Shown here: piece after piece, positions 60,561 through 64,000 of the stretch
How the letters are laid out: every line of letters starts with the position of its first letter
Numbering within the stretch: position 1 is the stretch's first letter
Assembly (NCBI GenBank): GCA_024704765.1
Contig: JAKMXF010000122.1
Coordinates: 329,356 to 393,355, forward strand
Length of the DNA: 64,000 nucleotides
From: Oopsacas minuta
Taxonomy: Eukaryota; Animalia; Porifera
Reading direction: 5' to 3'
Position numbers and translations under genes: made by a program
The notes under the pieces: model-generated
What the model saw: only the letters and a program-made list of their open reading frames with translations
The model's database searches: none
What the model was told of the DNA's origin: nothing

Positions 60561-63362
60561 GATCAGTGTAACCGTGAAATTATGTCAATCCCTTAAATAT
60601 GTTCTCATTTGGTTATGTTAAGGAATTACAACATATATTTTGACTGCTTTAGATTAAAAAATTTGATTTTGTAAACTTTAGCTTATATTCTCTATCATCA
60701 TTAATTAAGTCGGAGGATATTACAAAAACTCGTCGGAGCTGAAGTTGTGGAGCGCCCTACGCCCCTGGTTCCGCGCCAAGTATGAATTCTATTTGTGAGT
60801 ATAGTTTTCTATTAACATATAGTCATACTGAGTGCAGGGCAAATTGGGAATATATTGTTCAGTAAAGTTTTACCCAGTCCTTTTCCCAACATCATTCAAC
60901 TGATGATTATTGAATTATTTTCTTAATGCAAGTCAGACACTAATCTTTAACTGAATATATCCAATTTGATTTGCAAACTACCAGTATTTATATGAATGGC
61001 TTCAATTGTTAGTATGGAGTTGATAATAAATTCACATATAGCGGTAAAATATATGCATCAAGTGAATTCATCAGAGTCGAAAGCAGAGGGGAATATGATA
61101 ACTCGCAACGATAACATACTCAAGGTATTTAATAGGCTAGGGGACTTATATACAATGAGAATCTACTACGAATCTCAAATTTGCTTACTTTATGTACCTT
61201 AAAGTAATCATTCATCATATGTTGTTTACAATATCATATTTGGATTTTGGACCCAACATACTCGATTACTCTTGTATAGCTTTTGAAGAAATTTGTTTAA
61301 ATTGAGATTTAATAATATAGATATATACACACTGTCAAAGAAATTTTCCAATGAAGTACCACTATACCTATGTAATAATCTGTATAACATATTTTATAAT
61401 TATATTACTAAATGTATTATATACGTAATTATCACAACATGGTAAGAAAACCATTGATATCATAATTTCAGTACTAATGGTTCAAGATTCTAGACCTTTG
61501 CAATAAATCTTAACACTAATACAAAGTTTTATCAAAATATGATAAGAAAAAGTATTGATACTATCAATTTGAGTTAAATTTCAATTAGATTATAATAGCT
61601 CGTATGACTAATTTTTAGCCACAAAATTAAGGTTTCTTCGGTTATGGCCCCCACCATCACGTAGGCCCTACTCATTGCGTTGACTGAGCATTACGGAGAC
61701 ACAAGGATGAAGTGTGTGCCCCATTTAATAACCTGCAACCTAATAGTGCCACTATGGGAATGGGAATTCCCACTCCAACCACACCCTGATAAAAGTAGAT
61801 AAAAAGTTAAAATAATAATTCTTATCATAGAATCAATAATGTGTCTCTTGAAAAAATCCGTCCATAGCAAATAATAATGCAATCGTGATGCTACGATCTC
61901 TGACAAAGGAATCGAAATTTGAGAATATGATTTAAGATCGTATAAATAGCTGACTCGATGACTTCGTGTATACATGGTACAACTATAGAATCCGACACCC
62001 CCCAACTTTTTTAATGTAGTCAAAAATCGCTATATGCACCGTTGAAGAACTCGTTGAGAGAAGCTGATAGAGCTTTCGAACTCAAAAATCGGATGGAAAC
62101 TGACGAAGTTACGAAAAATCTCCTAAATAAGCCAAATCCTATGGAGAAAATTGTATTAGCTACTATACTGAATTCTATACAAACTACCATAGGAATGCAC
62201 ATATAATCAATCTTGCGGTTATCAACGCTTGCGTCAGTTGATTGATTCTTTTATGAATTTATTAGTTTGCGTAATTTGTAGTTATTACTATTAAGAACGG
62301 TCAATTTAAACCTGGTGTGGCCTGGTTCCCAAAGGGGCGAAAACCTGGTCACACCGTATATCTCGAAAACTATAATTCGTATCGCTTAGCTTTAAAAAGG
62401 AAAACGGTAGGTCTTGGCCTCATCTAGCCAAAAAATACCACTTGGACCACATCCAGCTATCCTAACAATAGGTGTTATGCACTATTAATGTTGCCAAATA
62501 ATCATCAAGTACATTTCAAAGATATCTTAACTAGGATTCATTTGTTGCTTAGAAATATCCCAAATTTATACATTTATCCTAAGTAGACTGGCTCCCTTGC
62601 TTGTCATTTTATCACACTGGCTTCAGAAACCCTAGAAGCAACAAAAGGAGGCATGCCACAACCTTCATAATTAATACGTTTATTCACCCATTTTCTAGCT
62701 GCAAATGACCGGATCCAACTTAGAATTCATGTTGTTATCCAGGTGCAAACGCGTTTGCTGTTTTAGGGACCTTTGAGTCTATATGCTAGCGATATAGGAA
62801 CGGGATTAGATAGTGTCGTGGTTGCTCCTGGGTCTGGGCTGATGTTAAAAGCATAAGTTGAATTGTTGCAGTGGGACTTTTATGTATTATTGTTTCTGTC
62901 CGTTTGCATGTAAACTGTCTGCAAATAGTAATCTCTTCGTTGAACCAGTTCTTCAGCTCGTTTGTGTAAAAATTATTTGTAAATATGTATGATTTGAAAT
63001 ACTTCCTGCGCTTACACAGGGATCACGACATCAATACGACAGGAATAGAAACAGCCCGACAATAGCTGTTATTGGCCAACGGAAGTTGCAATTGTTACTG
63101 TTCACAGCTAATAATAGTATGTCGTTAACAATAAACAAGTATTCTGTTAACAACACTACATAACTTCTAATGTTAGCCGGGGTGAGTATTTATTTCAAGC
63201 TACCCTATGCCCTAGGGGCAGTTATTCGAGGCAATATGGGCGCATTTACTAGTTTCAATATCCCTTAGAATAGCTTATGCTAACATTTAGCAAGTATGTG
63301 ATGTAAGAGTGTATAATGTAACCATTCTTAACAAAGTAATACTATATATATTAGCAACTAAA

Positions 63363-63998
63363 TTACACAACAGGATATAATTCTCTAATGCACTTGACGA
63401 TGCTGTTTAGGATGTTTCCTTTATTCTTTCTTCTCCAACAAGACTCGATAAGGTGGGATTCTAGCAATTCAGGATTTGTTGTTTGGCCTCTTCTTTGCCT
63501 TTTCTTGACCACACCCCAAGCGTTTTCTATCCCTTGTGCATGGGTACCGTCAATTGGATCCACAAAATTCTCAGAGTGGTTCACAGTGTGATGATCGTAG
63601 CCTACAGCTGGGACAACATTATAAGCAGCCCATTCGTCTGAATGGATGGTAGTTCCAGGTAATACATATCGCTGAATGATGGGAAGTAGGGTTGCACCTG
63701 AGCGATCGGGAACTGTAATCATCAGTACGTTATCAGTACCTTGCTCATATATACCGAAAACCCATTGACCAGTGAGTAATCTACCACGGTTATATTTTCG
63801 TCTCCCAAATTTCGATTCATCAATCTCCACCACTGTACCGGGCCCACCTATTGGCTCCTGATTTATTGTTAGATCCTCAATGCAAACATCTCTCATAAAA
63901 TTCTTCCAGTCCACAACAGTATTCGGAGACCATTGCAATTGTTTCTCAAGAAATGCGTGTGACTGTATATCTTCACTCCAAAAATACAAGAACTGCAT
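63363..63998 (-). CDS. Merlin / ISXO2-like (IS1595-related) DDE transposase, 5' part outside the window
   Basis: An open 211-aa frame with VVEIDESKFGRRKYNRGR, WVFG, TIHSDEWAAY, HHTVNHSENFVDP and HAQGIENAW. Confidence 0.92.
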   Translation of the reverse strand: MQFLYFWSEDIQSHAFLEKQLQWSPNTVVDWKNFMRDVCIEDLTINQEPIGGPGTVVEIDESKFGRRKYNRGRLLTGQWVFGIYEQGTDNVLMITVPDRSGATLLPIIQRYVLPGTTIHSDEWAAYNVVPAVGYDHHTVNHSENFVDPIDGTHAQGIENAWGVVKKRQRRGQTTNPELLESHLIESCWRRKNKGNILNSIVKCIRELYPVV

Positions 63999-64000
63999 TA

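Noticed and set aside
1-64000. Uni-strand piRNA-cluster-like orientation bias
   Set aside because: Transposase orientations are split about evenly between the strands.

Overview
AT-rich eukaryotic DNA, probably animal; the species cannot be determined from the sequence. I found no intact host gene, RNA gene or CRISPR array. The window is almost entirely decayed DNA transposons inserted into each other and into ~60/120/174-bp satellite arrays: Helitron, eight Tc1/mariner copies from five clades, pogo, Ginger2-like, MULE, three hAT types, Chapaev3-like, Merlin and MITEs. The standout is two full-length, mutually diverged RAG1-like (Transib/RAG1L) transposons at 26974-30354 (+) and 39449-42717 (-). 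Each has a perfect 5-bp target-site duplication, and three of the four ends begin with the exact V(D)J RSS heptamer CACAGTG. Each also has an element-specific inner motif that lies 9-10 bp further in at the 3' end than at the 5' end, a 12/23-like asymmetry with the same polarity in both. Their 3' subterminal regions are colinear. The first element carries a RAG1L-type C-terminal Cx2Cx3GHx5C motif, and neither has room for RAG2. All family assignments come from motifs read by eye and from recalled family knowledge; no database search was run.
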